Positions 27,401 to 35,985 of a DNA stretch of 64,000 bases are shown piece by piece. This DNA comes from Myxococcota bacterium. GTDB lineage: Bacteria; Myxococcota_A; UBA796; JAJRTE01. The stretch lies in contig JAJRTE010000133.1 of the NCBI GenBank assembly GCA_024278455.1, positions 9,658 through 73,657 of the forward strand, read 5' to 3'. The notes beneath the pieces were generated by a model. That model had not been told where the DNA came from, ran no database searches, and saw nothing but the letters and a program-made list of their open reading frames with translations. Within the stretch, counting starts at the first letter, position 1. Each line of letters begins with the position of its first letter. The position numbers and the translations under genes were made by a program.

Positions 27401-30400
27401 CGGCCAAGTCCTCTTCCAGCGCCTGCAGGTCGGCAAGCACGGCTTCCCGGTGCCCGTGGCGGTCGAGCTGCTGGAGCAACCGGTCCTTGAGCTTGACGGC
27501 TTCGTCGGCGAGCGCGAACCGGGGTTTGGGCGCGGCCAGTTCCTCTGCCAGGTAGTTCCCGGTCCGTTCGGCATCCGCCTCCCCGACCGCCAGCCCCTGC
27601 TTCCGGAGGAATCCGGCCGCCTGGGTCCCAAGGTCGTGGGCGAACCGGGCGAACTCCGGGGAGTGTTCGAAAGCGTCACGAAGGCGCCCGAGGTTGCGCG
27701 CCTTGAGCACGAGGCGGGACCTGGCCTTGTCGTCGTCGAACGCGGCCCAGAAGAGCGCCGCGAACGCCCGTGCTCGAGGCGGGTACTTGAGCAGCCCGGC
27801 GTCGGCGCGCATGGCGAGCAAGGCCTCGAGAATGATGGCGGCGTCGGCGTCGTGGACGCCCCGTTCATATCCCTCGTCGTAGCGTGACTCTGCATACTTC
27901 CTGACAAGGTTCAGCAACCCGTCATCCTGGCCGGTGGCGGCGCGGAGTGCGGTGAACGAGAGGTCGTTGGCGCGACTCTCGGCGTCGAAGAGAATCGATG
28001 CGGCGAGGAACTCGCCTCGATAGACCTGGTCATTCTCGGACACGAGCGCCTGGTCCCAGAAGGGACGGGTCGCCTCGAGTTCCGGGTCCTCGATGGGGTC
28101 GTAGAAGTCGGTGCCGGTGAGATGGATCATCATGCGTCCATCTCGAGGCATCAGGGTCAGATCCATGGGCTCGGTGTTGACCGTGAATCGGTGTCTTCCG
28201 AGCCTGATGGCATTATCCTCGTCGAAGAGGTAGGCACGGTCCCGCTGTGCTCGAGCGGCTTCCTGGGTGGAAGACTTGAGCTTGCCGAGGAGTTCGTCGG
28301 CCTTGACGCCTTCCCCCATCTCGCGCAGGTCGGACGCGATGTCGCGGACCTTGGCGACCATGGGGTCGGAGACGAAGAATGTGTTGAGTTCTTCGGATGT
28401 CTTGAACGCCGATGCCCGGCGGACTATCCCCTCGAGGATGCGGTCCGCGGCCTTGAGCATGTTGTGGGAACGGCGCTGCCGTTCCTCGAGGAGGCCCTGC
28501 TTGCGGGTCTCGAAAGCCTCGTAGACTTCGGCGCGCTTGGCGGCCAGGTCGTCGAGGAACTGGTCGAACTCGCCGAAACGGGTCTCGAGCTGTTCCAGTT
28601 GTACGGTAAGGCGGGAGAGCTGTTCGTCGCACTTCTCCGGCGTGTCGCAGGCGGCCAGGCTGTTGGCGACGCTCTGGCCGAACAGCTTGAACTCGACGCC
28701 GAACTGGGCAACCCCTTCTGCGCCCAGCAGCTCCTTGTAGGTGCCGTCGACGTGGGCCTTGGTGCGGTTGAGCTGGGCGTAGACCTCGGAGACGCGCTCG
28801 AGGATCCGGGTGCGAACGGTCGGGTCGTCGACCTTGAGCCCGCTGATGATCTCGGTGAGAACGTCGAACCCTGTCCCGATTCTCTCGACGGCCTCCTTGA
28901 GAGGGAGGAGGTCGGCCGTCTTCTCGATGCCTTCCACCTGTTCGTGGATGGCGGCGATCTCGTGCTTGTACGGGTCGAGGGAGTCGTCCCCCAGGAGGAA
29001 CTCGACGGTTGCCTTGCTGAGTGCCTCGAACTGTTCCCGAGCCTCGGTCTCGAGCCGGTCTATCTCGGCTACGTCGATGTAGCGCAGCTCCCTGAGAGAG
29101 AAGAGGAGGCCCATCTGGCGGCGCCAGGCGGTGAGGGTGTCGACATACTGCCTGGCCTCGCTCCACCCGCTGGGGCTGGAATCCCTGCGCAGCTCCGTCT
29201 GTGCCCTTTCTGCTTCGAGCAGGGCCTGCCGGGAGCGCTCGCGGATCGCAAGGACCTTCTCGAACTCGTCGATGATCTTCTCAGCGGTGGAGAGGGCAGC
29301 CTTGAGGGTGCCCAGCATGTCCCCGACTTCCTCGGCGCCGAGCCAGTAGTAGGTGTCGATGGTGCGATGGATGGCAGCGATGAGGTCTTCATAGACCTGG
29401 ACCGTCGGCTGCTGATTCTCGATCATGCGGACGACGGTATTGACGTCGGAGATCCCCCTGACCAGTTCGGGGTTGCCCACCTTGCCGAGGAACGAGGTGT
29501 CCTGGGGCGCCTTGGCAGCGAACTCGTCGCTCTCGAACGGGGTCTGCCACACCTGCATGGGGTGCACACGGGTAGGCTCGGCGGAATCGTAGCGGAAGAC
29601 GATCATCCTCCCGTCCTCGAATATGCTGTATCCGTGGACGGATATGGGATTCTGCACCTCCTTGCGGATCAGGTTGTACGGGAGGAGGATCGAGAGTCCA
29701 TCCTTCGATTCGTAGAAGGTATAGAGGACATCCTCCCCGTTGGGGGAACGCACCACTGACTCGAACTTGAGGTTCTCCGCCTCGGTGGCGAAGATCCGGG
29801 TCTCGCCGGTATTGAGGTAGTACCCGCCCGGAAAGATGATCCCGTGGTCGCCCGGGAGCTGAATGCACGCGAGACCGATGGCGTCGATGCGCTTGACGTC
29901 CTGGGTGCGGGTGTTGAACACGAAATAGCGATAGGCGTCCTCCCGGTAGGGGCGCACCTTGAGGAGGATCAGGACGCCGACCTCGGCATACTGTATGTCG
30001 GCGTCATCCAGGGACTGGTGGAGGTCTTCCACGGGCTCGGCATAGATGCCTTCCCCGGTCTCGGTGCTGTCCTCCACCTTGATGGTCAGGTCTCCACCGG
30101 TGGTCTCCACGAAGACCTTGTCGAGGATCGAGACATGGGGAAAGCGCCCGAGGACGTGGTCTTCGCGGGTCGCTTGCGTCCACTCGAAATCGTGGGGAGG
30201 AGGGAAGCGATAGTCGCGCTCGCCCCGGTTGTCGATGTACTTGACGCTGCCATCGGGCTCGACGGCCCACCGCAGGACCTTCACGTCACGTTCCGAGTCC
30301 CCGGTCTTGAACACCGCGAGCATTTGCAGTTCGTTGCGGAGCAGGTGGACGAGTTCGGCGTCCTTGTAGTACCGATAGAGTTCGCCGAAGTCCCGAACGA

Positions 30401-30584
30401 ACTCGGGATCATGGAGGAAGTCGTTCTCGTCCTGGGGGATGCGCTCCAACTCGGGGCCGTTCTCGGTATCCACGAGACGATGGAGGCTGAACACGTCCTC
30501 CACGTCGGTCTGGCGCTTGAGCCCCAGGAACACGTTGTAGCCGAACAGCAGCCTGTCGCCGAGGGGCACGATGTCTCGAGGCAC
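24471..30584 (-). CDS. Giant (~2037 aa) multidomain protein: ~1150-aa N-terminal region of unknown fold, central MoxR/dynein-type AAA+ ATPase domain, C-terminal ~600-aa coiled-coil region of ~26-aa tandem repeats
   Basis: Walker A LLLISPPGYGKTT. Walker B VMLYVDDIQH. MoxR-like sensor region FCVVMAGNPYTESGEKFQIPDMLANRADTYNL. C-terminal repeats PLSALAEQLEAARAGVKAAVSEDVRG ×~12, including a perfect 78-nt tandem duplication at 25561-25716. Start is GTG at 30582-30584, 3 codons after an in-frame TAG. Confidence 0.75.
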   Translation of the reverse strand: MPRDIVPLGDRLLFGYNVFLGLKRQTDVEDVFSLHRLVDTENGPELERIPQDENDFLHDPEFVRDFGELYRYYKDAELVHLLRNELQMLAVFKTGDSERDVKVLRWAVEPDGSVKYIDNRGERDYRFPPPHDFEWTQATREDHVLGRFPHVSILDKVFVETTGGDLTIKVEDSTETGEGIYAEPVEDLHQSLDDADIQYAEVGVLILLKVRPYREDAYRYFVFNTRTQDVKRIDAIGLACIQLPGDHGIIFPGGYYLNTGETRIFATEAENLKFESVVRSPNGEDVLYTFYESKDGLSILLPYNLIRKEVQNPISVHGYSIFEDGRMIVFRYDSAEPTRVHPMQVWQTPFESDEFAAKAPQDTSFLGKVGNPELVRGISDVNTVVRMIENQQPTVQVYEDLIAAIHRTIDTYYWLGAEEVGDMLGTLKAALSTAEKIIDEFEKVLAIRERSRQALLEAERAQTELRRDSSPSGWSEARQYVDTLTAWRRQMGLLFSLRELRYIDVAEIDRLETEAREQFEALSKATVEFLLGDDSLDPYKHEIAAIHEQVEGIEKTADLLPLKEAVERIGTGFDVLTEIISGLKVDDPTVRTRILERVSEVYAQLNRTKAHVDGTYKELLGAEGVAQFGVEFKLFGQSVANSLAACDTPEKCDEQLSRLTVQLEQLETRFGEFDQFLDDLAAKRAEVYEAFETRKQGLLEERQRRSHNMLKAADRILEGIVRRASAFKTSEELNTFFVSDPMVAKVRDIASDLREMGEGVKADELLGKLKSSTQEAARAQRDRAYLFDEDNAIRLGRHRFTVNTEPMDLTLMPRDGRMMIHLTGTDFYDPIEDPELEATRPFWDQALVSENDQVYRGEFLAASILFDAESRANDLSFTALRAATGQDDGLLNLVRKYAESRYDEGYERGVHDADAAIILEALLAMRADAGLLKYPPRARAFAALFWAAFDDDKARSRLVLKARNLGRLRDAFEHSPEFARFAHDLGTQAAGFLRKQGLAVGEADAERTGNYLAEELAAPKPRFALADEAVKLKDRLLQQLDRHGHREAVLADLQALEEDLAGRYHLAIAWIDAVLEAAEDEETRALAPAAPETAAWLLTDTRIERAPSNAAGTTVVTGLLGQHGRIRKGRMTLRLDEFLTRLGDYVQEVVPRFRAYRKLRQRIIERERTALRLDEFRPRVLTSFVRNRLIDEVYLPLIGDNLAKQMGALGAGKRTDLMGMLLLISPPGYGKTTLMEYVANRLGLIFMKINGPAMGHAVTSIDPGEAPNATARQEVEKLNLALEMGNNVMLYVDDIQHTNPEFLQKFISLCDAQRKIEGVWRGRTRTHDLRGKRFCVVMAGNPYTESGEKFQIPDMLANRADTYNLGDILQGKEAVFELSYVENALTSNPVLAPLASRDPKDIYLLIDMARGREIARTDLAHDYTQAELDEILSVLQKLFVVQKTVLEVNRQYIASASQAEEYRTEPPFKLQGSYRNMNKIAEKIVPVMNDEELEAVIEDHYVGEAQTLTSGAEQNLLKFAELRGTLTQTQAERWNEIKKSYGRLQMMGGKEDDPVTRLLSPLGALVQEVRDVRSSIDDPVRHELVARVDALVHQIGEVGQGIDASIANDLHKPLTSLVEQLEAARAGVKAAVSEDVRGPLSALAEQLEAARAGVKAAVSEDVRGPLSALAEQLEAASADWSKAVHAEVGMPLAALGERVVSGVGDTGASVVDTLAARLDQLVEELGRTHAGLEASVNEAIHAPLAALVERVSRAQGGLESALADGLGAPLAALVGQVEAARSDVQSGVSEHLGQTLGALVEQVHLAREGMARAVSGEVSQSLAGIEQQLAQSREGVQASLAQDLARPLAALVEQLARAGKEIRASVDQDLSGPLKALAQQIEGSSAATVEAVDRVLAVQVRHVGEQIDALRRQLAADGSAQELGGRLESLAMEVKQIREEAPKLLYRPLVALAHQAYGIRKGLGDGIGPAFVSRLDRITERLDRAVVALERAVSPTDSAAQLANIAREMEELRYTMSAAIHATSPELSAKLEAMRNK
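25561..25716. repeat. Perfect 78-nt tandem duplication (2 full units plus a partial third) inside the giant ATPase coiled-coil region
   Basis: gcctctagctgctcggccagcgcgctcaacggcccgcgcacgtcctcgctcaccgccgccttcac(g/a)cccgcacgggcc repeated head-to-tail. It encodes the identical 26-aa unit twice. Confidence 0.8.
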
Positions 30585-30593
30585 GCAGTTGTG

Positions 30594-30812
30594 CTAGGTG
30601 CGGACCCGTGTGTTCCCCAGAACCGTGAGGGTCGTGGCGCCGAACTTCTCTTGCCGCCTCCGGTTGAGAGCAGCAGCCTTCTCGCTCAGCTCCCGGGCGT
30701 GCGCGACGAGCCGGTCACGGATGATCTCGTAGTTCCCCGCGTCGATGGCTCCGCCCGCCGGGGCCCGGGTATCTGTCTGCTCAATCTCGGGTGACTTGTC
30801 CATGGCACGCAC
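30594..30812 (-). CDS. Small ORF (72 aa) in the same frame as the giant ATPase, separated by one TAG; a separate small gene or a disrupted/extended N-terminus
   Basis: MRAMDKSPEIEQTDTRAPAGGAIDAGNYEIIRDRLVAHARELSEKAAALNRRRQEKF... Coordinates from the ORF track show the stop at 30594-96 and the next start codon at 30582-84, in the same frame. Confidence 0.3.
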   Translation of the reverse strand: MRAMDKSPEIEQTDTRAPAGGAIDAGNYEIIRDRLVAHARELSEKAAALNRRRQEKFGATTLTVLGNTRVRT

Positions 30813-30947
30813 TCACACGTTGGTGCACTAATGGTGGATGCCGGTCGAACCGGCCGGGCGGCGGATTGCACGAAGCAACCCCACCACCGGCTTCGCCTGC
30901 CGGCCGGTTCCAAGGCGAGGCACGGGACCGCCGCACGCGGCCCCGCC

Positions 30948-33053
30948 CTACCCTGCTGGCTGGTCGAGCCCCAGCTTCCGGGCATGCTCGAGAAGGCTCG
31001 AGAGCTTCTCCTTGCTGGCCTCGTCCTTGGTTCCGGCAACCATCCGCGCCAGGAACGCGGATATCGAGAGCTGCTGCAAGGACTCGGCGTCCACGGCAGG
31101 ACGACTCAGCACGGCCTTGAGGTCGTCCGGCAGGCTCTTCTCGCCGCTCAGGTACTCCTTGAACAGGGTCCGCGTCGATTCGCTGGCATCGACGAACCCG
31201 TCGATGGACTTGCCCAGGGTGATGGCCTTGGTGAACTGGTCGAAGAAAGCGCCGTCCCCACCGACGATGTGGAAGTTGGCCGACTTGAAGGCCTGGCCCA
31301 GGATCTCCGCCTGGTACCGCGCAATCTCCTGCTGCGCCTCGATCGCCTTCACCTTGACCAGCTTGTTCATCTCGAGCCGCAGGCGGAACTCCTCGTGCTC
31401 GCGGCCTACGCCGTCGAGGAGCTTCATGGCCTCGGCCTTCTGGGAAAGACCCGCCGCCTCGGCGGTCAGTTTCGCCTGGATCGCCACCGATTCCGCCGTT
31501 CCCTTCTTCTCTATCGCAACCGCTTCGGCTTCCTGGACTCGAGCACGCGCAAGGCCCTGCTCCTCTTCGCCGGTCGCCTGGGCCTTCATCCTTTCCTGCA
31601 AGGCACGGGCTTCGGCAAGGCCTTGCTTCTCCAGCGCCGCCGCCTTGGCTTCCATGACCGTGGCTTCGGCAAGACCGGAAGCAGCCTGCTCCGCCTGAAG
31701 CCCTTCGGCCAGCCTCGCCCTGGCCTTGGCTTGCTTCTCCGCCGCTCCCATCTCCGCCTCGGCCAGCGTAATCTGCTCCCGCGCCTTGCACTTGGCAGCC
31801 TGTTCCTTCGCCTCCGCCTCCTTGAGTTCCTTCACCAGATTCTCTTGCGCCTCGGCCTCCGCGCCAAGGATGGCCGTCTCCTTCAGACGCTTCGCCTCCG
31901 CGATCGCACGCAGGTCCTTGATCCGCTCCTCCTCCTCGGCCACGGTCTTCTCCACCGCCACCCGCTCGCGAACCACGTCCTGGATCTCTTTCTGCTCCTT
32001 CTCGACCACCTTCTGCTTCTCGAGGGTCTTGACAGCCACTTCCCGCTCCCGCGCAACCGCCTCGAGCGCCCGATCCTTCTCCACTCGCTCGGTCTCGATG
32101 GCAATCACGCGCTCACGATTCTTCTGCGCCACCTCCACCTGCCGCTGCTTGTTCTCGGTGGCTATCTCGATCTCCTCCTGGGCCCGAAGCTTGGCCTGCT
32201 CCGCCCGCTGCCACTCCTCGGCACGGACCTTGGCCGTCTCGGCCTCCTCCCGGGCCTTCATGGTCTCGATCTCCCGCACCTGCTTCGCCTCGGCATCAGC
32301 CTTCTGCCGATCGAGCGCCAGGATGGCTTCCTGGGTCTCCACGTCCTGCTTCTTGATCTGCTTCTCTTCGTTGTTCCGGGTCAGGTTGGTGTGGATGTGC
32401 TGCTCGGCGGTGAGCTGCGTGATCTTCCGGATACCCTGCGAGTCCAGGATGTTCTCCGGATCGAGCTTCGAAACCGGGGTCTGCTCCAGGTAGTCGATCG
32501 CAGCGTCCTCGAGCACGTAGCCATTCAGGTCCGTACCGATTACCGCGATGATCTGATCCTTGAACGAGTCCCGCTCCTGGTACAGGGAAACGAAGTCCAT
32601 GCGCTTCCCCACGGTCTTCAACGCCTCGGAAAACTTCGCACTGAACAACTCCTCGAGGGTTTCTTGCTGCGACGCTCGCTCGCACCCGATGGACATGGCC
32701 ACCTTCAGCACATCCTCCTCGGTCTTGTTGACCCGGACAAAAAAGGTCACCTTGATGTCCGCCCGAATGTTGTCCTGGCAGATCAGACCCTCCTTGCTCG
32801 TCCGGTCGATCTCGATGGTCTTCACCGAGATGTCCATGACCTCGGCTTTGTGAATGACCGGAAGCACGAGCCCGCCGGTGAACGATACCGTTGTGACACC
32901 ACCGGTCTTGTTTATGATCAACGCCTTGCCCTGCTCCACTTTTCGGTAGAACTTCTTGATGAGCAACAAGAAGCCGAACCCGAAGATGGAGAGGGCGGCG
33001 ATAACCACAACCACCGCAACAATGACAGGCAGATAGTTTTCCAAAGGACCCAT
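30948..33053 (-). CDS. Flotillin (SPFH/band-7 domain) with long EA-rich coiled coil, FloT/YqiK-like
   Basis: N-terminal TM MGPLENYLPVIVAVVVVIAALSIFGFGFLLL. SPFH core (ALIINKTGG...VLPVIHKAEVMDISVKTIEI...ICQDNIRADIKVTFFVRV). Roughly 350 aa of AEAKxxREIE-type coiled coil. Flotillin C-terminal region. Confidence 0.85.
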   Translation of the reverse strand: MGPLENYLPVIVAVVVVIAALSIFGFGFLLLIKKFYRKVEQGKALIINKTGGVTTVSFTGGLVLPVIHKAEVMDISVKTIEIDRTSKEGLICQDNIRADIKVTFFVRVNKTEEDVLKVAMSIGCERASQQETLEELFSAKFSEALKTVGKRMDFVSLYQERDSFKDQIIAVIGTDLNGYVLEDAAIDYLEQTPVSKLDPENILDSQGIRKITQLTAEQHIHTNLTRNNEEKQIKKQDVETQEAILALDRQKADAEAKQVREIETMKAREEAETAKVRAEEWQRAEQAKLRAQEEIEIATENKQRQVEVAQKNRERVIAIETERVEKDRALEAVAREREVAVKTLEKQKVVEKEQKEIQDVVRERVAVEKTVAEEEERIKDLRAIAEAKRLKETAILGAEAEAQENLVKELKEAEAKEQAAKCKAREQITLAEAEMGAAEKQAKARARLAEGLQAEQAASGLAEATVMEAKAAALEKQGLAEARALQERMKAQATGEEEQGLARARVQEAEAVAIEKKGTAESVAIQAKLTAEAAGLSQKAEAMKLLDGVGREHEEFRLRLEMNKLVKVKAIEAQQEIARYQAEILGQAFKSANFHIVGGDGAFFDQFTKAITLGKSIDGFVDASESTRTLFKEYLSGEKSLPDDLKAVLSRPAVDAESLQQLSISAFLARMVAGTKDEASKEKLSSLLEHARKLGLDQPAG

Positions 33054-33122
33054 AGGCCAAACCCCCGATATGTTGTTGATCCTACTGGCATTCCATGGTG
33101 TTTCCCCAAAACCGGCTGGAAA

Positions 33123-34034
33123 TCAGGACGTTGCAGAGTCGTCCCGCTCCCGCCTCTCCACCGGCACCCCCCGCACCGGCTCGGCACCTCGCTCGGCCAA
33201 GCCCTGCCCCACCCGCGGCAACGGCTCAACCTGGTAGAACCCGGACTTCCGGTCGTACCCCACTATCAAGGCCTCGCTGCCCTTGCTCAGGTCGTTGTCC
33301 CGAGGACACCGGACCTGCAGGAGCAACCCGGCGGCTCCGTCATCGTACTCGCCCATGCCGAACGTCCTGTCCACCCTGAGACTCCGTATCCGGCACGTCC
33401 TTCCGACCAGGGTGCCCTCCACCCGCGTGGTCTCCCTCTCGAACAACCGCTCCAGGGGACGAACGGTGAACGATGTCGCCGGGACCGCCAGGCCCAGCCC
33501 GGCCACTCCCACAACCGCCGCAGCCAGCGCGAACAGGATCCCCCCGAACCCGCCCCGGAGAATCCCGAACGACCCCATGAAGGTGAAGAGCCACGACCAG
33601 AGAACCAAAACGCTGAGCACCACGGTCACGGGCACCTTGCCCACGCGGAGAAAGGCCAGTAGACCCGCCACCGCACCTGCACCCTCGATCGACCCCTCAG
33701 CGCTCCCCTCGACCGCGCCGTCCGCGGCGCCTTCCACCACGCCGTCCGCGGCGCCTTCCACCACGCCGTCCGCGGCGCCTTCGAGCACGCCGTCCGCGGC
33801 GCCTTCGAGCACGCCGTCCGCGGCGCCTTCCAGCACGCCGTCCGCGGCGCCTTCCAGTACGCCGTCCGCGGCGCCTTCCAGCACGCCGTCCGCGGCGCCT
33901 TCGGCACTGCCGCCGAGACCCTCGATGTCGAGGGCACCGAGGATGACCAGGATCCAGTAGCCGAGCACGGTGCCGAGCAGCGTAGTGAACAGCACGGTCG
34001 GCAAGGACAAGGCGATCTGGAGGAACTCGATCAT
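33123..34034 (-). CDS. NfeD/YqiJ-like membrane protein with internal (GAADGV[LV]E)n 8-aa tandem repeat and C-terminal OB-fold-like domain
   Basis: TM helices (LSLPTVLFTTLLGTVLGYWILVILGAL; VTVVLSVLVLWSWLFTFMG). C-terminal TLVGRTCRIRSL...GLLLQVRCPRDNDLSKGSEALIVGYDRKSGFYQVEPL is NfeD-like. Immediately upstream of, and codirectional with, the flotillin gene (classic nfeD-flotillin pairing). Confidence 0.6.
   Translation of the reverse strand: MIEFLQIALSLPTVLFTTLLGTVLGYWILVILGALDIEGLGGSAEGAADGVLEGAADGVLEGAADGVLEGAADGVLEGAADGVLEGAADGVVEGAADGVVEGAADGAVEGSAEGSIEGAGAVAGLLAFLRVGKVPVTVVLSVLVLWSWLFTFMGSFGILRGGFGGILFALAAAVVGVAGLGLAVPATSFTVRPLERLFERETTRVEGTLVGRTCRIRSLRVDRTFGMGEYDDGAAGLLLQVRCPRDNDLSKGSEALIVGYDRKSGFYQVEPLPRVGQGLAERGAEPVRGVPVERRERDDSATS
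33700..33920. repeat. Perfect/near-perfect 24-nt tandem repeat (~8-9 units) within the nfeD-like gene
   Basis: gccgtccgcggcgccttcca(c/g)cac repeated head-to-tail. Only the 3rd/6th codon positions vary (His/Gln/Glu codon), giving GAADGVLE/GAADGVVE. Confidence 0.8.
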
Positions 34035-34258
34035 GGGCGGGAACCTTTTGGGGGCGTTCGCAACGTCTCGGTCCAGAATCCCCCCTCACCTGGAGCGTCA
34101 ACCAACTCGAATGCTTTCTTGTACCAACGTCACGCATTGCATGTCAAGCAGCGAAAGCGCACAATCGGAAACGAAAACCCTGTTGCGGCCGCCGGTCGCG
34201 ACAAGTATGTTTCGTTCAGCAACGTTTCAACCTTTTCAGCGCAAAGGAGAGCGGCGCC

Positions 34259-35923
34259 GTGCACGTCCTACGTCACAGACATTCGACAGCCATTGTCCTG
34301 CTGGGGTTGGTGGTTGCCCAACAGCGGGGGGAGCTGGGGGCTCAGGAGACGGAGATGTCTCTTTGTTCAGACCCTGTCGATACGTCGGCGGGCCTGGTAT
34401 CAGGGGTCCTGGAAGAGGAGACGGGGACCTGCAATTGGAAAGGGGTGCCGTTCGCCGCGCCCCCGGTGGGTGCCCTGCGATGGCGCCCGCCAGCCCCTCC
34501 CGGCACCTGGGACGGCATCAGGGATGCGACCGAGTTTGCGCCCCGCTGCATGCAAACGGGTGTAATGTTCGCGGTCAACGCGGACCCGAGCGGGTCGATG
34601 TCCGAGGATTGCCTGTTCCTGAACATCTGGCGCCCGGTGGAACCCGCGGAACCCCTCCCGGTCCTGGTCTGGATTCACGGGGGCGGCTACAGCGGGGGCA
34701 CCCCGAACACGCCCATGTACCATGGGGGCAACCTGGCGTCTCGAGGCGGGCTCGTGGTGGTATCGGTGGCTTACCGGCTGAACATTTTTGGATTCTTCGC
34801 GTCGGAGGCCCTGGTCGAGGAGGACCCGGGTGGGTCCGCGGGCAACTACGGCCTTCTGGACCAGATCGCCGCCCTGGAGTGGATCCGGGACAACATCGGG
34901 GCGTTCGGCGGGGACCCGTCCCGGGTGACGGTGATGGGGGAGAGTGCCGGCGGGTGGTCGGTATGCAACCTGCTGGCGACTCCGCTAGCCAAGGGACTTT
35001 TCCACCGGGCCATCATGGAAAGCGGCGGCTGTCACGACGCCACGACGATGGATCGGGGCTTCGAGGTATCGACGGAGGCCGCGGGCCGGCTCGGGCTGGA
35101 CCCGAACGACCTGGAAGGACTCCGGGCGGTGAAGGCCAAGAAGCTCCTGCGCCGGGGGGTGGAGTGGGAAAACGCCGGTTTCAAGTGGCTTCCGCGCATC
35201 GACGGCGTGGTGCTGGCTGCGCAACCCATCGACATCCTCGAGTCCGGGGACTACAACAGCGTCCCCCTCATCGCCGGGGCGAACCGGGACGAGGTCAACG
35301 ACACGGTGTATCTCCATCCGTTCCAGTTCTTCCACGGCCAGAAGCGGTATCGCAAGCGTCTCGAGAAGATGTTCGGGGCGGACGCCGCACCACAGATCTC
35401 CGCGCTCTATCCTCGAGATGCCTTCGACCGTACCGTGCACGCCTACCAGAAGGTCACCACCGACGTGGCCCTGCTGTGCCCGACGATGGCCGGGGCTCGA
35501 GCCGTCGCCGCCCACCAACTGGATGTCTGGCTCTACCGTTTCGACTACGACGACTTCCGGTTCGGGGGCATGCTCGGCGCCTTTCACGGCTCGGAACTCC
35601 CGTTCGTGTTCGGCAATTTCGACGGGTGGCCGGCACGCATGTTCTTCAACAAGCGCCGAGCCAGGCACGCCGCCCCGCTCTCGGACACCATCATGGACTA
35701 CTGGATCAGGTTCGCACACCGGGGCGACCCCAACGGTCCCGGCGCCACGACCTGGCCGAGCCTGGCCGAACAGAACAGCTTCATGCGGTTCGACGAAATC
35801 CCGGAGGTGAAGCCGCTGACCGAACAGGCCATCGCGCGCTGCACCTTCTGGCGCGCGTATGCGGACGAGAACCCCTGGATCGTGGAGACGTTGGGCATCG
35901 TCGGCCACGCGCCCGGGGGTTAG
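34259..35923 (+). CDS. Carboxylesterase type B (para-nitrobenzyl esterase-like), secreted
   Basis: EDCLFLNIWRP, GGGYSGG, GESAGG (nucleophile elbow), LLDQIAALEWIRDNIGAFGGDP. Signal peptide AIVLLGLVVAQQ. Confidence 0.85.
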   Translation: MHVLRHRHSTAIVLLGLVVAQQRGELGAQETEMSLCSDPVDTSAGLVSGVLEEETGTCNWKGVPFAAPPVGALRWRPPAPPGTWDGIRDATEFAPRCMQTGVMFAVNADPSGSMSEDCLFLNIWRPVEPAEPLPVLVWIHGGGYSGGTPNTPMYHGGNLASRGGLVVVSVAYRLNIFGFFASEALVEEDPGGSAGNYGLLDQIAALEWIRDNIGAFGGDPSRVTVMGESAGGWSVCNLLATPLAKGLFHRAIMESGGCHDATTMDRGFEVSTEAAGRLGLDPNDLEGLRAVKAKKLLRRGVEWENAGFKWLPRIDGVVLAAQPIDILESGDYNSVPLIAGANRDEVNDTVYLHPFQFFHGQKRYRKRLEKMFGADAAPQISALYPRDAFDRTVHAYQKVTTDVALLCPTMAGARAVAAHQLDVWLYRFDYDDFRFGGMLGAFHGSELPFVFGNFDGWPARMFFNKRRARHAAPLSDTIMDYWIRFAHRGDPNGPGATTWPSLAEQNSFMRFDEIPEVKPLTEQAIARCTFWRAYADENPWIVETLGIVGHAPGG

Positions 35924-35985
35924 GGGCGTATCGCCATGCGCCCCAACCGGGTTCAGACGCCATACGCCAAAACCAGGAGGAGATC

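Noticed and set aside
30831-33662. 943-aa plus-strand ORF
   Set aside because: Leu/Arg/Gly-rich low-complexity product, antisense to the flotillin and nfeD-like genes, whose products carry clear SPFH/NfeD signatures.
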